From NCBI GenBank assembly GCA_965153285.1, contig OZ229116.1: a stretch of DNA of 64,000 nucleotides, one strand, 5' to 3'. Shown in pieces: positions 24,945 through 38,472 of the stretch. The stretch is from Podarcis tiliguerta (taxonomy: Eukaryota). Position 1 is the stretch's first letter; the number at the start of each line of letters is the position of its first letter. The translations under genes and the position numbers were made by a program. The notes beneath the pieces are model-generated. The model saw only the letters and a program-made list of their open reading frames with translations. It was not told the origin of the DNA and ran no database searches.

Positions 24945-27786
24945 ACTTAAATAATTCCACTGAAATCAGTGGCTAATATTTCCTAATAACCTATATATAA
25001 TCAGAAACATAATTTATAGCCCTGTGGACTGGCCTAATGGTAACATTTCCTGCACATTATACAAAGTGAAATAAGAACTGGCATCTAAAACACCAGGTTC
25101 ATCTAAAACACCAGGTTCAATGCACAAAAATGATCTCTCCAGCTCCCAATGTCTGGTGGAAGCTTCTCTGCACACCTCAAATGCCTTCCAAAGATCAGAG
25201 AACATTTTGGAGTGGCAATTCACGAAGTACAAGCAAGGGTCTGTTTCCAGATTGGAAAAGCAACCAGAGTGGTACCCTAGAGGGTGTGCAGGTTTCTCTG
25301 AATCTCCTGACCATGGTGTACAAGTCAAATATCTAAGGCATACAAGGAAAAGAGGTGACAAATTTACATGCTCAGATGGTGTCCGGTATCTTAAGTATTT
25401 TCCCACGTATGGTTTTTTTAAAAAAAAGTTGCAGAAGTATCTCAAAGCAGGTGAAGATAAAAGATTTCCTGTATTTAGGAACGTCAGAATTTGCCTAATA
25501 CCAGCTCAGGCTGTTTGTTCATCTAGTACAATGTGGGCTATCTAAATGGCAACAGCTCCTCCGGGTCTTAAGACAGTGGTCTTTTCCATCATTCGCAACC
25601 TCTGAGTGCAGCAAGCTAAGTCTTCGGGAAAATGGCAAAGACAAAAGATGTCCTTTCTTTCTTCCCCCTCATCTTGAAACTCGCTTACCAAACTGCAAGG
25701 CGTGAGCTGGAATATAACAGGAGTGGCCAGCACAGAGGGCCATCACTGTGGCAGCCAGGTCAGAGTAGCAGAGCCAATCTGATGCTCCTGCTGGTGTTCC
25801 CAAACCACCCTGCCCTCACTGCTGTATTGCCCACCCCTCCCCACTGGCCATTCCTGGACTACAAGGTTTCTGTTCCAGTCTGTTTTTAGATCCTGGGGAT
25901 GCTATCCCAGGGCCAGCCCAGTACACTTTGATGCCTGAGGCAAAGGACAAGGTGCTTTCCAGTCTGAATATAGAAGCTGGTGAAGTGACAGCATCCTCCA
26001 CTGTACCTGAGGGCAGCTGACTAGCTTAGAGGGTGTAGGATAGGCTGTTTGACATGAACAGCTCAGATCTCTAAGAAATAGGAACAGCCAGGGAGGATAA
26101 AGAGGAATGTTCTGGGGACTACTGCTCCCTTTACACATCCCAGCATCTGCCACCTGAGGTGGCTGCCTCATTCTGCCTAATAGAACGGCTGACCCTGCAG
26201 GCCCCATTTCTTGTTAATATTTTCTGTTAGTTTCATCTCCCTCCCTATCTTTTTAAAAATTACCTTGTTTCATTCTCCACACTCTTCAGTTTGCCTCATT
26301 TTATAATGCTATGGTTTGCCTCATTTTATAGTGCTGGTGAGAAAGATTCCCCCTACCCCATATTTATTTAATGTGAAATAAAGTAATCATCTTAAAAAGA
26401 ATTTTAAAGCATTTCAACCCCACCCTACCCCCCAAAGGGGGGCGGGGGACCTTTCCTTCAGGTTTTGGAAAGGAATGTGATATTTGATTTTTTTTTTTTT
26501 TGTACTTGCTCATTGCATCCAGTTTTTTAAAAATTAACCCCTCATTTTTTAACAGATGGACAGCTTAGTTTTGTCATGCATCTTGTGTTTTTCTTGTCAT
26601 TCTCTATTAATTACAAGTTTTCACCAGCTACTCTTTAACTTCACATCTTATTTTTGGAAACAATGGAACAATGATCTATTTTGCAACTTTTTAATCTGTA
26701 GCAAATCCCATATGCCAACTTTCAAACCTAGGAAGAAGCGATTTCCCAATCTATAGATTTTTCTACTTGTTAAAACACTAGAATAGAAATAACCATGTAA
26801 TCTAGGTTCTCTTCCAATGAAATTTGTATATTAAATGTGTTCCAGGGGAGTACTTACAAAGCCCAAGTACAATAGTGTACATTACAGATATTTTTTTAAA
26901 AGGGTATATTCCGTAGTCTCTTTAGCATGACCCTAAATTCAGTCTGACGTACAAATAATTGCATTTCTATTTTATTATTGCATCCCAATTTTTACTTGTT
27001 GTGTACACTTTATGTGCCTCTACTATGATTCATATTTCAGCTGCTGGACTGGGGGGGGGGCATAATGTCTCATAGCAGAATTGGGGTCTGTCATAGATTC
27101 TGGAGCCTAGAATTCGTGGAGTTGTTGACAAGGCATTTCATTTGGGGAAGAAGAGCATGCCACTTGTGTTGCTTGCACAACACTCCTTCTGGGGGGGGGG
27201 GGAAACACATTGGTAGTAGCATTCAAAGGCGCTCAGCTTCCTCTTTCATGCCCTGTTCTCTTGGCCAGAGGCAAATGTCAGTATGGTGACTGGCTTATAA
27301 AGAAAAATGTGTGCTTATTGGAAAGCATGATTATCCCTTAAAACAGTATGTACAGTGCTGAGAACTGTGCTTCTTTTAAGGAGTTATTCTGCATGTCAGA
27401 ACCATTTATTTAGTACACAGTTTGATAGCAAGCTTGGTGCTTTTCATTTCTTCCTTTCTTTCTTTTTAATGTAGATCCATAAGAGCTAGGTATTTACTTT
27501 CTGTATAAAATAACATACCAGGAGCAGAAAGGGAAGTATATTGGGATCTAAGATACATTAGAAATATTTCTCAACATGAGTATCCTTTATTTTTTAAAAA
27601 ATAGTAATTACTCTCTGGAGCTTTTTATTGTGCTGGTGATATGAAGAATTCTGTATTATTAATAATATTGTTATGCCCCTTAGCTTTCTGTTCAGTTATT
27701 TCATACTGAACTTGTTTTAGCTCTATACTCATATTCTATGATTTACTGTTCCTTGCTTTCTATACTATACTATTTGCAAGACATTT

Positions 27787-27910
27787 AGGGTGATATCCAA
27801 CTAAGCCATATTCAGAGATGGAAATCAATAGGCTTAAGTTAGTTATGATTTGACTTAAGTCCATTGAATTCATTTGTGCTTGCTCTGCATATGACTTGAT
27901 CAGATATCCA
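27787..27910. repeat. Old palindromic MITE-like repeat
   Basis: ggtgatatccaac ... gatatccac inverted ends with a cttaagt...acttaag core. Related copies at about 16889-17012 and 29335-29445. Confidence 0.5.
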
Positions 27911-29818
27911 CTTTAATTTCTTTTTATACCTGCAAGATGGTACCCTCCATTGCTGATCATGCGTATTAACAATTTAATCTTATGCTTTAGGTATTAGATC
28001 ACAGCTTTATATATTCTGCTATGTCATCCTCTGCTTTGCATATGGAGTGGGAAACACGGCCCCTTGCTACTGTGTAGCACCAGTGTGAACTTGATACCTT
28101 TTGGGATGTAGTACAAGAAGGAACAGGCCTCCTCATCTCTGTCTTTGCCAGGCCAGGGATTTCACTGGTGGCTGCTGATGTTATGCCTGTCCAGAGGGTG
28201 GTACAGAGTTAGTTGTATTTATTCTACAAAATAGAGACACAATAGAGCTGATGTTTGGGCTCTTAACTGTTTTGAAATTCATATTTTCCAAGTTATAAAA
28301 AGATTAAAAACCTTTCTAGTTAGCAAATTTAGGTTGGGGATCTTCCTGTTCTACAAGGAAAAGAGAAGCTACAGCTGTTGTTTCCTGTTTATCTTGCATA
28401 TGTTTCATGTTTCATCCCTTCAGCTTCATTTCTTCTGCCACAAACCACTATCATTACCATTGTTCTTATTATCAGGTCAAAAAAGCTGTTTGCTTCATAA
28501 TTCATCTCAACATGCAACAGTTTTCCTTTTGGATTTATTGTGTATTAGTATGAGTGTAGGCTTAAAGAGAAGTAGGCAACTTTTTCATGTTAACCCCATT
28601 CAAAGCTTCTACAACAACATCCTGAAATTATACTTAACAAAGTTAGTGTATATTTATCTAGCATTGCTGAATCATTAAGCAGATGTTTATTTCTGTGTAT
28701 AATATATGCTAACTAATATACATTTGGTTTGTGACATAATTAAAAAGTAAACAAGCACTCAGATCAATTAGTGTAACCATTTTTGAAAACAAAGTGGCCT
28801 TCTTTCTACATAAGAATCAAAATAAACATGTTTTTTTAGGTTATGCCTCTTTGGTCTCAATTCCCATTATGAAAGGACCAAGGCTATCTTTAGGGATGGT
28901 CATTCTACAAGGAATATCTTTGGACAGTCCCTGGTGTGGTAGTTAGCTATTACTTTATATACATTATGGTAGAAATGCAAGCCTTGCGAGGAAAAACATA
29001 AACTATATTTTGACAGTACTATTTTGGCAGTATTCCCCAAGCATTTGAGCTATTATCATGTAATGAAGTTGTTGTGTATGTTCTTTAGTTCTGTGTAGAT
29101 AATATTGCAAACTCTCCTTTTGTTTTCCTATTCTTGACGATCAAGGCTTCTGTAGTAAAAAGACTGAAATTATTGTTTTGCACTTGTCTCCAACTCTAAA
29201 GGGGGTGCAACTGTGGATCTTAGTATCAGTTACACCTATTTCAGAAGAAAGGAGTTGAGAAATTATTTTGTATAAGGAGGTAAAAAGCTTCCTATGGGGA
29301 TCGATCATGGAAATGGGTCGTGCTAGAGGAGAATGGGGTATAGCCAACCTTAGTCCTACTCAGAGGAGACCCATTGGAATTAATGGGCATGGCTAACTTA
29401 GGAACATTAAAGGTCTATCACAAGTAAAACTTGCCTATATACAACTCAACATGTTATAGAAAAGGCCTACTTAGAGGTGTATCTGGGAACTATTTAATGA
29501 GGGGATTAGCCGGGCTGAGATAATCATTCTTCATTTCATTAAGATTCAACTTTTGGGATCTTTTTGTAGATCTCTGTGAGTACAAAAGCTGATTTAATGT
29601 TGTTAAGAGCCAACAATTCCTTATTCGGAATAGTTATAAGTTTTAATATATATTCTCATCCATCCCTGTGCTCTGTAAAGAAACCTAAATTTGAGACTTG
29701 CATTGCGTAACCAACTGGAAGGAAAGGGCTTGATAGGGATATAAGTGGCATGCACTGGTCTCCCATTGAGCGCTCTGCTACTTTGCTTCCATGTCCCCTC
29801 ATCTGCACATGACGGGGG

Positions 29819-30260
29819 AAGACAGCTGCCAGGTTGTTGACAGGGACTAGTTGGGAAGATGTTTCACCAGTATTGAAAGAACTTCACTGACTCACGATCC
29901 ATTTCTGAATGTGGTTCAAAGTGCTAGTGCTTACCTTTAAAGCCTTGTATAGCTTAGGGCAATGGTACCTGAAGAAACACTTGCTCCTATACAAACCAGC
30001 CTGTGTATTAAAGTCATTGTTGAAGGATCTCCTTCAGATGCTTCTGGTGACCAGAAAAGGGAACTTTCTCAGTGGAATTCACTCCTCACGGAGGGTACTG
30101 GGGTTCTTTAGAACTAGATGAAGATGTGTTGCAATATTATTGTATTGTATTTTTTTAAAAAAAAAAAACCCCAAACAAAACACCTGTTGTTTTTGTCCTT
30201 GTGCTCAAAAAGTTTTACTGAAATACAGTATATGAATCTTTTAAATAAATAAAATAAAAA
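29819..30260 (+). mobile_element. L2 LINE 3' fragment
   Basis: Encodes TAARLLTG...SPVLKELH*L...F*MWFKVLVLTFKALYSLG, an L2 ORF2 C-terminal signature; ends in (A/T)AAAT repeats. Confidence 0.8.
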
Positions 30261-31233
30261 ATGAAGAGAGGGAAATTAGGTCTGTTACTGCCCACACAGA
30301 ATTGTGCCTCAAATGTTGCTAAAACTATATGAGGTGCTAAAATCATAGTTAAAAGTACTGTTGGACAGGCCTGGTTATCCTGGAGACAGAATAACTTGAT
30401 TATCCTTGAAAACTACTGCATGAGCATCTTTTAAATGTTTGAATTGTGAAACAAGTGGTCTGTTTCACATTTTGCTCACCTCAAGTTTTCTTTATAATTT
30501 AAAATGTTCTCTAAGAACATTTGATTTAGTTATTTTCTGGATAACCTCTATGCTTAAAATTCATTTTAAGGAGTCCCTCGTTTTAATGAAACACAAATTT
30601 TACTACTAAACTATCAAGTAATGTTGCTAAATTAAGTTTAGGAGATTGAAACTACAAATTAGGCACATTTAGCAATGATGGATTAAGAGCTAACAATTAA
30701 ATAGTATATGACTGCATTGTGGTTATAAGACATGACTTTTTTATGCTTGTGTGTGTATATCTTTACATTTTCCATCTTGCTTTAACCCAAAGGCAAAGGG
30801 GAATATAACAGTGTTTATAAATGTAATATAAGTTACAGCAGAAAAAACCTTCTTAAAATGAAAACTACTTTGAACTTAGGGTTGATATCCCAAAGGCTCA
30901 GATAATATGTTTCAGATTGCAAACTGAAAAAAACATTTACTAAGGAGTAAGTCCCAGCAAACAGTGGAACTTACTTCTGAGGAATATGCATAGGATTGCA
31001 TTGTGAAAAGAAATTAAAACATATAATGTATTAAATTAATTTCTAGTTTCTCAGGCCCTCACCACCAAACAAGGCAACAGCAATTCTACACTGCTTTCAA
31101 AAGATGCTACCAAAGGAAACGATGCTGCCAAAGTATGGAGCAGCCATTGGGCATGGATACATGAAGGATAGCTCACATGCTCAGCCAGCTAAAGGACCTC
31201 CTTGCATAGTGGAGGAGCAGTCATACATGGCAG

Positions 31234-31388
31234 CAGGGGTGCCAACTTGAACAAAATATTGGGGAGAGGTAAGCCCCACCTTGCATAATCATAAGACACG
31301 GTGCATGCATACCATTTGAATAGCCCAGCCCCTCAAATATTTTGGAGGGCTGCCCAAGGGACCTTGGCCGCTAGGAGTTGGCAACATA
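31234..31388. mobile_element. hAT-like MITE, degenerate
   Basis: Inverted ends caggggtgccaact / agttggcaacata; no clear TSD. Confidence 0.5.
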
Positions 31389-33581
31389 AATGATGACAGA
31401 CACATCACTCCACAGGTAGGGCTGAATGCATGTAAATGCAGTTAGTGCAATCTTTGCTCACCTTTATTTTGAGTGAGAATATGAACCATTTTTTTGCTTG
31501 GCCAAACCCAAATAAAGCACTGTGACTTCATTTACAGTGAATGCATTTTCTCTTCTAACCTGAATGCTAGATGAGTAAGTCAAGCATCCAGCCAGCTCAG
31601 AGCTAGAAAAGAGAAAGTGCCTGGAGCTGAGGGTGCCAGACCAATGCTCAATAGGCAGTACATTAACAGTGACTCTGCAAGAAAAAAGGGTGTATAGCAA
31701 ATGGGCTTGCGTGAACTGAAAGAATCAATAAGACAAGGGAGACAGTATAATTAGGTAGAGATGAAAATTGGTCCAGGTAAGACTAAGTCTAACATTGTGA
31801 GTACTGGTCATCTACTACATCCTGGCCAAAGAGATGAGAAGCATTTTTTCCACCCTGTTGCTTCCCTGGGTTCTTGATTGCAAACAATTACAGATGGTCA
31901 GTGTGCCAAGTATGGTTGCATGTGCACCATCTAAGTTTCCACTTGGAATATTGCTGTTTTTATGCATAGTTAGGTCAGAGAGGCAGTGAGTTTCAAAAGA
32001 AATTTTAAGCTTGGGGTTGATGCCGAGAGGGACAGGGAGTCTTTGCAAGCAATATAAAGAGAGAGGGTATATTTAATGATAGTTAACCTACTTTTAGAAG
32101 TAGCCAACTCTAGGCATCCTCCTCCCTAGCTACTAGCCTCTGTCTTGTCGTTGTTGCTGTGAAGCAGCTTTTCTTCCCAGCAGCTAATGCTGATTCTCTG
32201 CAGTAGGCTTTCTCTGCCATGAGCATAGGGACAGAATATGAAGCTACGATTCCTGAAGCTGAGCAGGAATCCACAGAGGAAGTGATTTTTGCTATTATAC
32301 CCAAAAGCAGGTTACTTCGCTGTGGTGCAAGGAAGTACCAGAAGATGATCTGTGACTCACCAGACACAATTTGTCCCCCAGTTGTATATTTTTCTTCTTC
32401 CTTTCTCAAGGCAGATTATCAAGTTCAAAGTCTAGCCCTTAGTCTTGCTCTCCCCCCCCCCCTCCTGGCTGAGTGGAACAGCCTGCATTCTACAACTGTA
32501 CTATCTTTTTATATTTTGTTCAGCAGTGATATTGCTATTAAGATACATGTCCAGAAAGCTCTGCAGTTTATATTGCTATAAAACTTCTCTTTGTGTTATG
32601 TGCCTATAAATATATCAGAGCATTTTAGATGACATCATAAACTATTTGAAAATCACACTTTATGATACCACCAAGAACCTCTTAAAATAAGGTATTTATA
32701 CATTTACATCCCTTGCATGCACACCCATCCTTTCAACCCCCTTCAGGCTAATTATTAAATTTTTGCAGTGACAGGGCAGGGCTGCTGACTTGGGGCCTTT
32801 CTGGAGAGTTGTTTTATTGCATCATAGACACGCAGTTGTTACTCAGTTGTGCCATTTTGAGAATGAGCTTTAAAGGTGTTTTAAATTGCAGTTTATGTTT
32901 CTGACTGCTTTAGAAGCTGAATGCTCCCTGCTGTACCCTTCTAATGAAAGCACTGACTTTGCCTTTTAAAATTTGAATTTGGGGTGGTGGTCGGAAAGTG
33001 ATGAATGTTAAGACAGCAAGAAACAAGTATGGTCAGAAGAAGTGAGCCTTTCTCAGAAATACCTATGGTAACGAGGGAAATCCTTGCTCACAGTTGCCTG
33101 CCAGTGGTTATTAATTAGTCAGAGGAAGCCAGTACATGTACCTAGTTGTTTCCAGAACTAGAAGCAAATAAATCAGGAGCCCAACATAGGAGCAAATAAC
33201 AATGGATTTGGTGGGCTAATTTGGATGTTCAGATCTCTTCCATGGCTGCATGGAGTGAGTAGCATATGATCTAGAGCAATCCACAAACACAAGCAGCAAT
33301 ATTAATGCATAAGACAACTTCAGAAATGAATTGCCATGCTCTCTCAAATCACCACCAGAAAGCTGTGCTTGTATTTCTGGATATGCCAGCTGAGATTTTA
33401 GCTTTTCCCATGAAGTGCTGCCATAGTGTCACGGCAGTTCCAACATCTGGAGTTGTTCTGTGTCTCTATCCACTAGCTAGCCAGTCTGCCAGCTTATCAG
33501 CAAGATTACTCCCATGTTGTCTATCCATAGCTCTGTTAGGCTGCTAGGAGCTGGAGGGTTTCCATTTATAATATGTTAAGG

Positions 33582-33708
33582 CAGGGGAAGGCCTCCAGAA
33601 GTTGTTGGACAACAACTCCAATCCTCCGCAGTCAGCAGCAATAAAAGTCGGGGGTGATGGGAGTTGCGGGTCTATAACATATTGAGGGCACCATCTTAGC
33701 AACCCCTG
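33582..33708. mobile_element. Short palindromic hAT-derived MITE (at least 6 copies in window)
   Basis: cagggg...cccctg ends, hairpin core gttgttggacaacaactcc / gggagttgcgggtctataac, 8-bp TSD tgttaagg / ggttaagg. Confidence 0.75.
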
Positions 33709-34072
33709 GGTTAAGGGCTACATTGTCATAAACACAAGTGAACATTGCTGGTCACTTCTGTAGGTCCATTCAGTGGTCTCTGCCTTATGATGGCACTGTT
33801 CAGACTCAGCAGCCTTTATTTACACATATTTTTCCTTCATAAAGGGTCAAGTTAATGAGGAAATGCCTCAGAGTTCTGTTCTTCTAACATTTCCTATAAC
33901 TTATTTAAAAGCCTCACTGCTGTCTCCCTATTCAAAGGCAACATGGACAGGAGTGGAGAAGCCTCTCTCCTAGCAGTATTCTCATAAACAATTTTTTGGG
34001 AAGAAATGTGAATCTTCCTACTGCCAGGAGTAGCCAAGGCTGTGGTGCACTGGGAAGTAAAAGGCTAGTGAT

Positions 34073-34109
34073 TGTGTGTGTGTCTGTGTGTGTGTGTGTG
34101 TGTGTGTGT
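34073..34109 (+). repeat. (TG)n microsatellite
   Basis: Direct reading. Confidence 0.95.
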
Positions 34110-35428
34110 ATCTATCTGTTTGGGGAAGACAGCAAACTAGTGTCTGTCATGAGGCATGAGGCTCTATCAACACCATGCAAGTGCATGATTACTGACAGCC
34201 CAGTACTTGCCAGTGTGGGGCTGCTCACATTATGGCACACACCTGCAATGTGCTAAGCTGGCAGCCCACCTGCTTCCTCCACTTCCTTGCAAGGCCCACT
34301 GGTAAGGACTCCAGGTCCTTATTGCTCAGCTGTGGCAGCCTCTTTCTTTTTAGCACACAACATTCCTAGGCCAACTAACAGTAAGATAAGAGATCAGGAA
34401 TTAAAATAGCAGAGCCCAGTAGAAGGTTTGGTGGTTAGCTTGCCTTCCAATCCCGGTGTGCACTCCTCCACCTTGCCTTCCAAAATACTTGCATCAGCTC
34501 TCTCTGCCAGGCATGAGCACCCACCTGTAGTTTGCAAACACCCTGCCATCTTAATAACCCCCTAAAAACCATTTCACATGCCAAAATAACTCCCTCCTTC
34601 AGTTCTGTCAGCCTAAACATCCCTTTTATTCAAGAATCATTTTCACTCACCAAAGGAAATAACCGCTTCATACCACTTGCTTTCACTTGGTTGCCAATGT
34701 AGCAGCTCTTTTTATATTTCTTGACAACTACTTTGTAATTTTTTATGAAAGGGAGGCAGTACCAACCATTGGTAAATCAGCCTCATTTCCCCACCAGGGG
34801 CATCATTTCCTTGCCTTAAATCGTCAAGGTGCTGTGGTCATATCTGGCATCCCTGAGCCTTATGTTTGAGACTTGTTTTTCTATTTATTCTTGTAATAAT
34901 ACCTTTTTCTTGACTGCATTCTTCCCCCCTCCCCCTTTCTGGATAGCATATTTCAATTAGCATCAGTGAGGGTTTTTTTATATATTAAAAATTAACTATT
35001 AATATACAAATATGTTTTTTGTACCTTTTGATGTATTTTCCCTACTTTCATAATTCTTAAAAGTGCAACCTCAAAACCACTTTATACAAATAGTTACCCT
35101 TAACACCCTGGCAGTGAGGGAGGTTAGCAGGAGGGAAAGGGTTTTGTGATTCCTAGTAGTGTTGGGTGGTAATTATTGTAGAGCAAAGGCATACGATTTG
35201 CTGTATGTGATGTAGCATTAAACATGCTTCACAGGCCTGTCCCTTTAATGATAGCTGTATATCTTTTAGTTCCTCATGACTTAACTCAAGGCTTCACAAA
35301 TTCCTTTGCTGTGATGCAAAATAGTTTCAAAAGAGTTCTCTGGTTTTTATTAAAGGGATCTTATTTTAGTTTAAAAGCGGAATATATGTTTTCTTTAGCT
35401 GTAAAAGCACAATCAAGGCAACATGATA

Positions 35429-35922
35429 NNNNNNNNNNNNNNNNNNNNNNNNNNNNNNNNNNNNNNNNNNNNNNNNNNNNNNNNNNNNNNNNNNNNNNNN
35501 NNNNNNNNNNNNNNNNNNNNNNNNNNNNNNNNNNNNNNNNNNNNNNNNNNNNNNNNNNNNNNNNNNNNNNNNNNNNNNNNNNNNNNNNNNNNNNNNNNNN
35601 NNNNNNNNTTTGTCTTTCTGCTTTAACCCATCCCCACTTGCTTGGCCTGCACGGAGGTTTTGATAGGGACNNNNNNNNNNNNNNNNNNNNNNNNNNNNNN
35701 NNNNNNNNNNNNNNNNNNNNNNNNNNNNNNNNNNNNNNNNNNNNNNNNNNNNNNNNNNNNNNNNNNNNNNNNNNNNNNNNNNNNNNNNNNNNNNNNNNNN
35801 NNNNNNNNNNNNNNNNNNNNNNNNNNNNNNNNNNNNNNNNNNNNNNNNNNNNNNNNNNNNNNNNNNNNNNNNNNNNNNNNNNNNNNNNNNNNNNNNNNNN
35901 NNNNNNNNNNNNNNNNNNNNNN
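35429..35922. other. Two N-runs (35429-35608 and 35671-35922) around a 62-bp island
   Basis: Direct reading. Confidence 0.99.
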
Positions 35923-36093
35923 TACAAGGGACAAAGAGAAGCATTGTGCAGGCTCTGAAATGAACCCAGTTATTATTTTTAAAAAGATTACACAGGCCAT
36001 TTTTGTGAAACGGACAGGGATTATTAAATAAATTCAGTGGTTCCTGTCTCTTATCATTCAGTGCCTCTGTCCTATTAGCGTTCGTGTGTACTT

Positions 36094-36095
<2 letters not shown>

Positions 36096-36128
<33 letters not shown>

Positions 36129-36148
36129 TTCCCTCTCTCTCTCTCTCT
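36096..36148 (+). repeat. Compound (CT)n microsatellite
   Basis: Direct reading. Confidence 0.93.
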
Positions 36149-36389
36149 TTTCCCATAAGTGATAGAATAGTTTTTGGACTAGTAAAACATGTAAGCATCC
36201 CTAAGTAGAAAGCTGCAAAGCACAACTATTGCTGGTGGTGCCAGTAACATGTGAGCCTGTCTGGGTCTGAGTTAAAGCCAAGAGAGGTTACTTGCAAAAA
36301 ATGGGATTTCGGAGGGGAACAATGGTATAGCTATATTCCCCCCATAGAACAGCATGGAAATATTAGAAATGATATTTCATTAACTTGAC

Positions 36390-36760
36390 TAACTTTCCCA
36401 TATGCCTGAACCCTTATATGCCAGTGCAATCACTGAGATCATCTGGAGAAGCAATGTTAGTTATTCCCTATTTTTTCAGAAGCCCAGCTGGCTTCAACTA
36501 GAAGTTGGGCATTAACGTTGCTGGTCCCATGCTGTGCTATACTTCTCCAGCAGATTCAGCAGCCATCCTTTCTTCTGCTTTTTATGTCAACAGGGCTATG
36601 CCGTTGTTTAAAGTTTTTCAACTTGAGCTAGTCATTTATTTATTTGTTATTGTATTTATGACACTTTATGTTTTATTGTACTTGCATATTTTATTGTACT
36701 CTACCTTGGTGTTTTATATGAGGGACGGTCTATAAATATTTTTCTATACAGAAATAAATG
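36390..36760 (+). mobile_element. L2 LINE 3' end, degenerate
   Basis: cctgaacccttatatgccagtg...gagatcatctggaga... followed by a T-rich 3' UTR and gggacggtctataaat, the usual L2 end architecture. Confidence 0.5.
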
Positions 36761-37922
36761 CTTGTTATTTACAATTATCCAATGCTGCTGTTTCCCAGTA
36801 TTAGAAAGAAGATATTCCCTTCTTCTTTTTCTTTTGCCCACAGTTGAGCTTCATTCCCCAGCCCTCCCTGTTAGATTGAAGGACCCACAGCTGGAATAAA
36901 TTTGTCAGTGTATTCTGGCCTCACTGGCCCCACCCACTTAGCAGCACCTGCAAAAAGAATTGCCATTTAATCAGAAGAATACTGGCTTGGCCCAGTCAGT
37001 CCCACTGAGGCATGGAGCTCACTTGGGGAAGATCTACACTCATAGTTTTTTACGTTAAGGAAGGGCTAAGGAATGGTTTTGATAACCATATGGCCACATA
37101 ACATTCTGCTTTTAACATTATTTAAATGTGACACCAGAAAGCACTACAGAGCACCCAGCTACCGGCTGTAGGGAGACAGCATTTTGATGAAGGTAAGAAA
37201 TGTTTTATTTTGCAAGTATGCCCTGTGACGTTTTAGAATGATATAACTAATATCGTTCTAATAATGTTAAACAGGTCAGTGTAAATCCAGCCTTGGTGAC
37301 CTCAAGACAGTCACTTTCCGCCTAAGCTACCGGAAAGGGTTGTTTTTAGGATACAATGAGGTTGCAGGGACTGTGTACACCACCTTGAGTTCTTTAAATA
37401 AAAGGCAGTATATGTGAGAAGTAAACAAGCTAAGAAATAAATTATTTAAAACTTAAGAAGTTTTAGCCTAGAAACATTTTGTTTGCTCTACTTGTGCATG
37501 CTTCCTCCAGTCTAGGCATCAAAGAAATTAAATGATGCAAATTTACACTCTCTTGATCCAACCACATTTGTTTCATAGCTTCTCCAGCTGATGCATCAGG
37601 CCATAATTTACATGTGGTGTTACAGTTTTAGAAGTGGCTGTATAAAAGCATCAGACTCTTACAGAGGGTGTTTAACACAACATGCCTAATTTCCAGTGTA
37701 CGTTTCTATGCTTTTAACACCGAGGAGCCATCTTGTTCCTGATGCAGAAAATATAGGGAGCTTTCTGACTCAGACTACTTAATGGCTAGGCCAAAATGTG
37801 GCCTGGTTATGCTGCCCTTAGCTTACAAGATAGCCATTAATTCATCTTTGGGGCCTCTGCAGTACCATATTTTAAGAATGTGCCTTTGCATGCAAGTACG
37901 ACAATTATGTGAAAAAGAGATT

Positions 37923-38472
37923 TGTTACATTCCAGTAAGTTTTGGTGGTAGGTTCCCCCCACCCCCCACCCCAGAACAATTTAGAAAGCTCAAACAGTAT
38001 CGGGAACCAGCTGGATGCTGAGGAGAAGCGGGGTTGGAAACCGAAGGGATCAGTGATCAGGCAGAGCCCGTAACAGCCAGGAGATAAGAGTCAGAGGCAG
38101 GAGAATCTGCAGGATTGGAGAATGAAGAATGGGTGTAGGAGGAGGGGTAGATAGGTCAGACTAGTGTAGTCAAGGGCTTCTACACCTCCTTCTGCTGCTG
38201 CCCCCACCTCTCCTGCTCCACTGTCTCTCAGGACCAGAAGAGGATTAAAAGGGGAGGGGCAGAAACAGGTAACATGCCGGCAGTCTTTGCCTGTTTTCAC
38301 ACAGCTCTGATGAGGGAAATACATACATTGAGGGGACAAGGCCTCTCTCGGGTACACACCTAGGGGTAGCTGAGAGACATAGGATCAAGGGACATTCCTA
38401 ACTTGTAAGTGTACTTTTGACAAAGAGTTAATTCCTTACTCTGGACATTCCTGGCCTGAAAATGCCATGACA
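37923..38472 (+). mobile_element. Probable solo LTR
   Basis: TGttac...atgaCA termini and a purine-rich body resembling the reverse complement of the 45611 LTR, with a degenerate poly(A)-signal region (gacaaagagttaattcc). No clean TSD. Confidence 0.5.

Noticed and set aside
25014-25545. Overlapping 141-143 aa ORFs on both strands
   Set aside because: No recognisable domain or splice context; probably chance or decayed repeat.
32110-32581. 99-aa and 120-aa ORFs
   Set aside because: No motif or homology I recognise, and no gap in the ZNF407 reading frame needs another exon.
35224-36031. Long ORFs (up to 244 aa) and similar ones at 4727-5154, 6930-7328 and 10003-10476
   Set aside because: Their length comes from N-runs translated as X.
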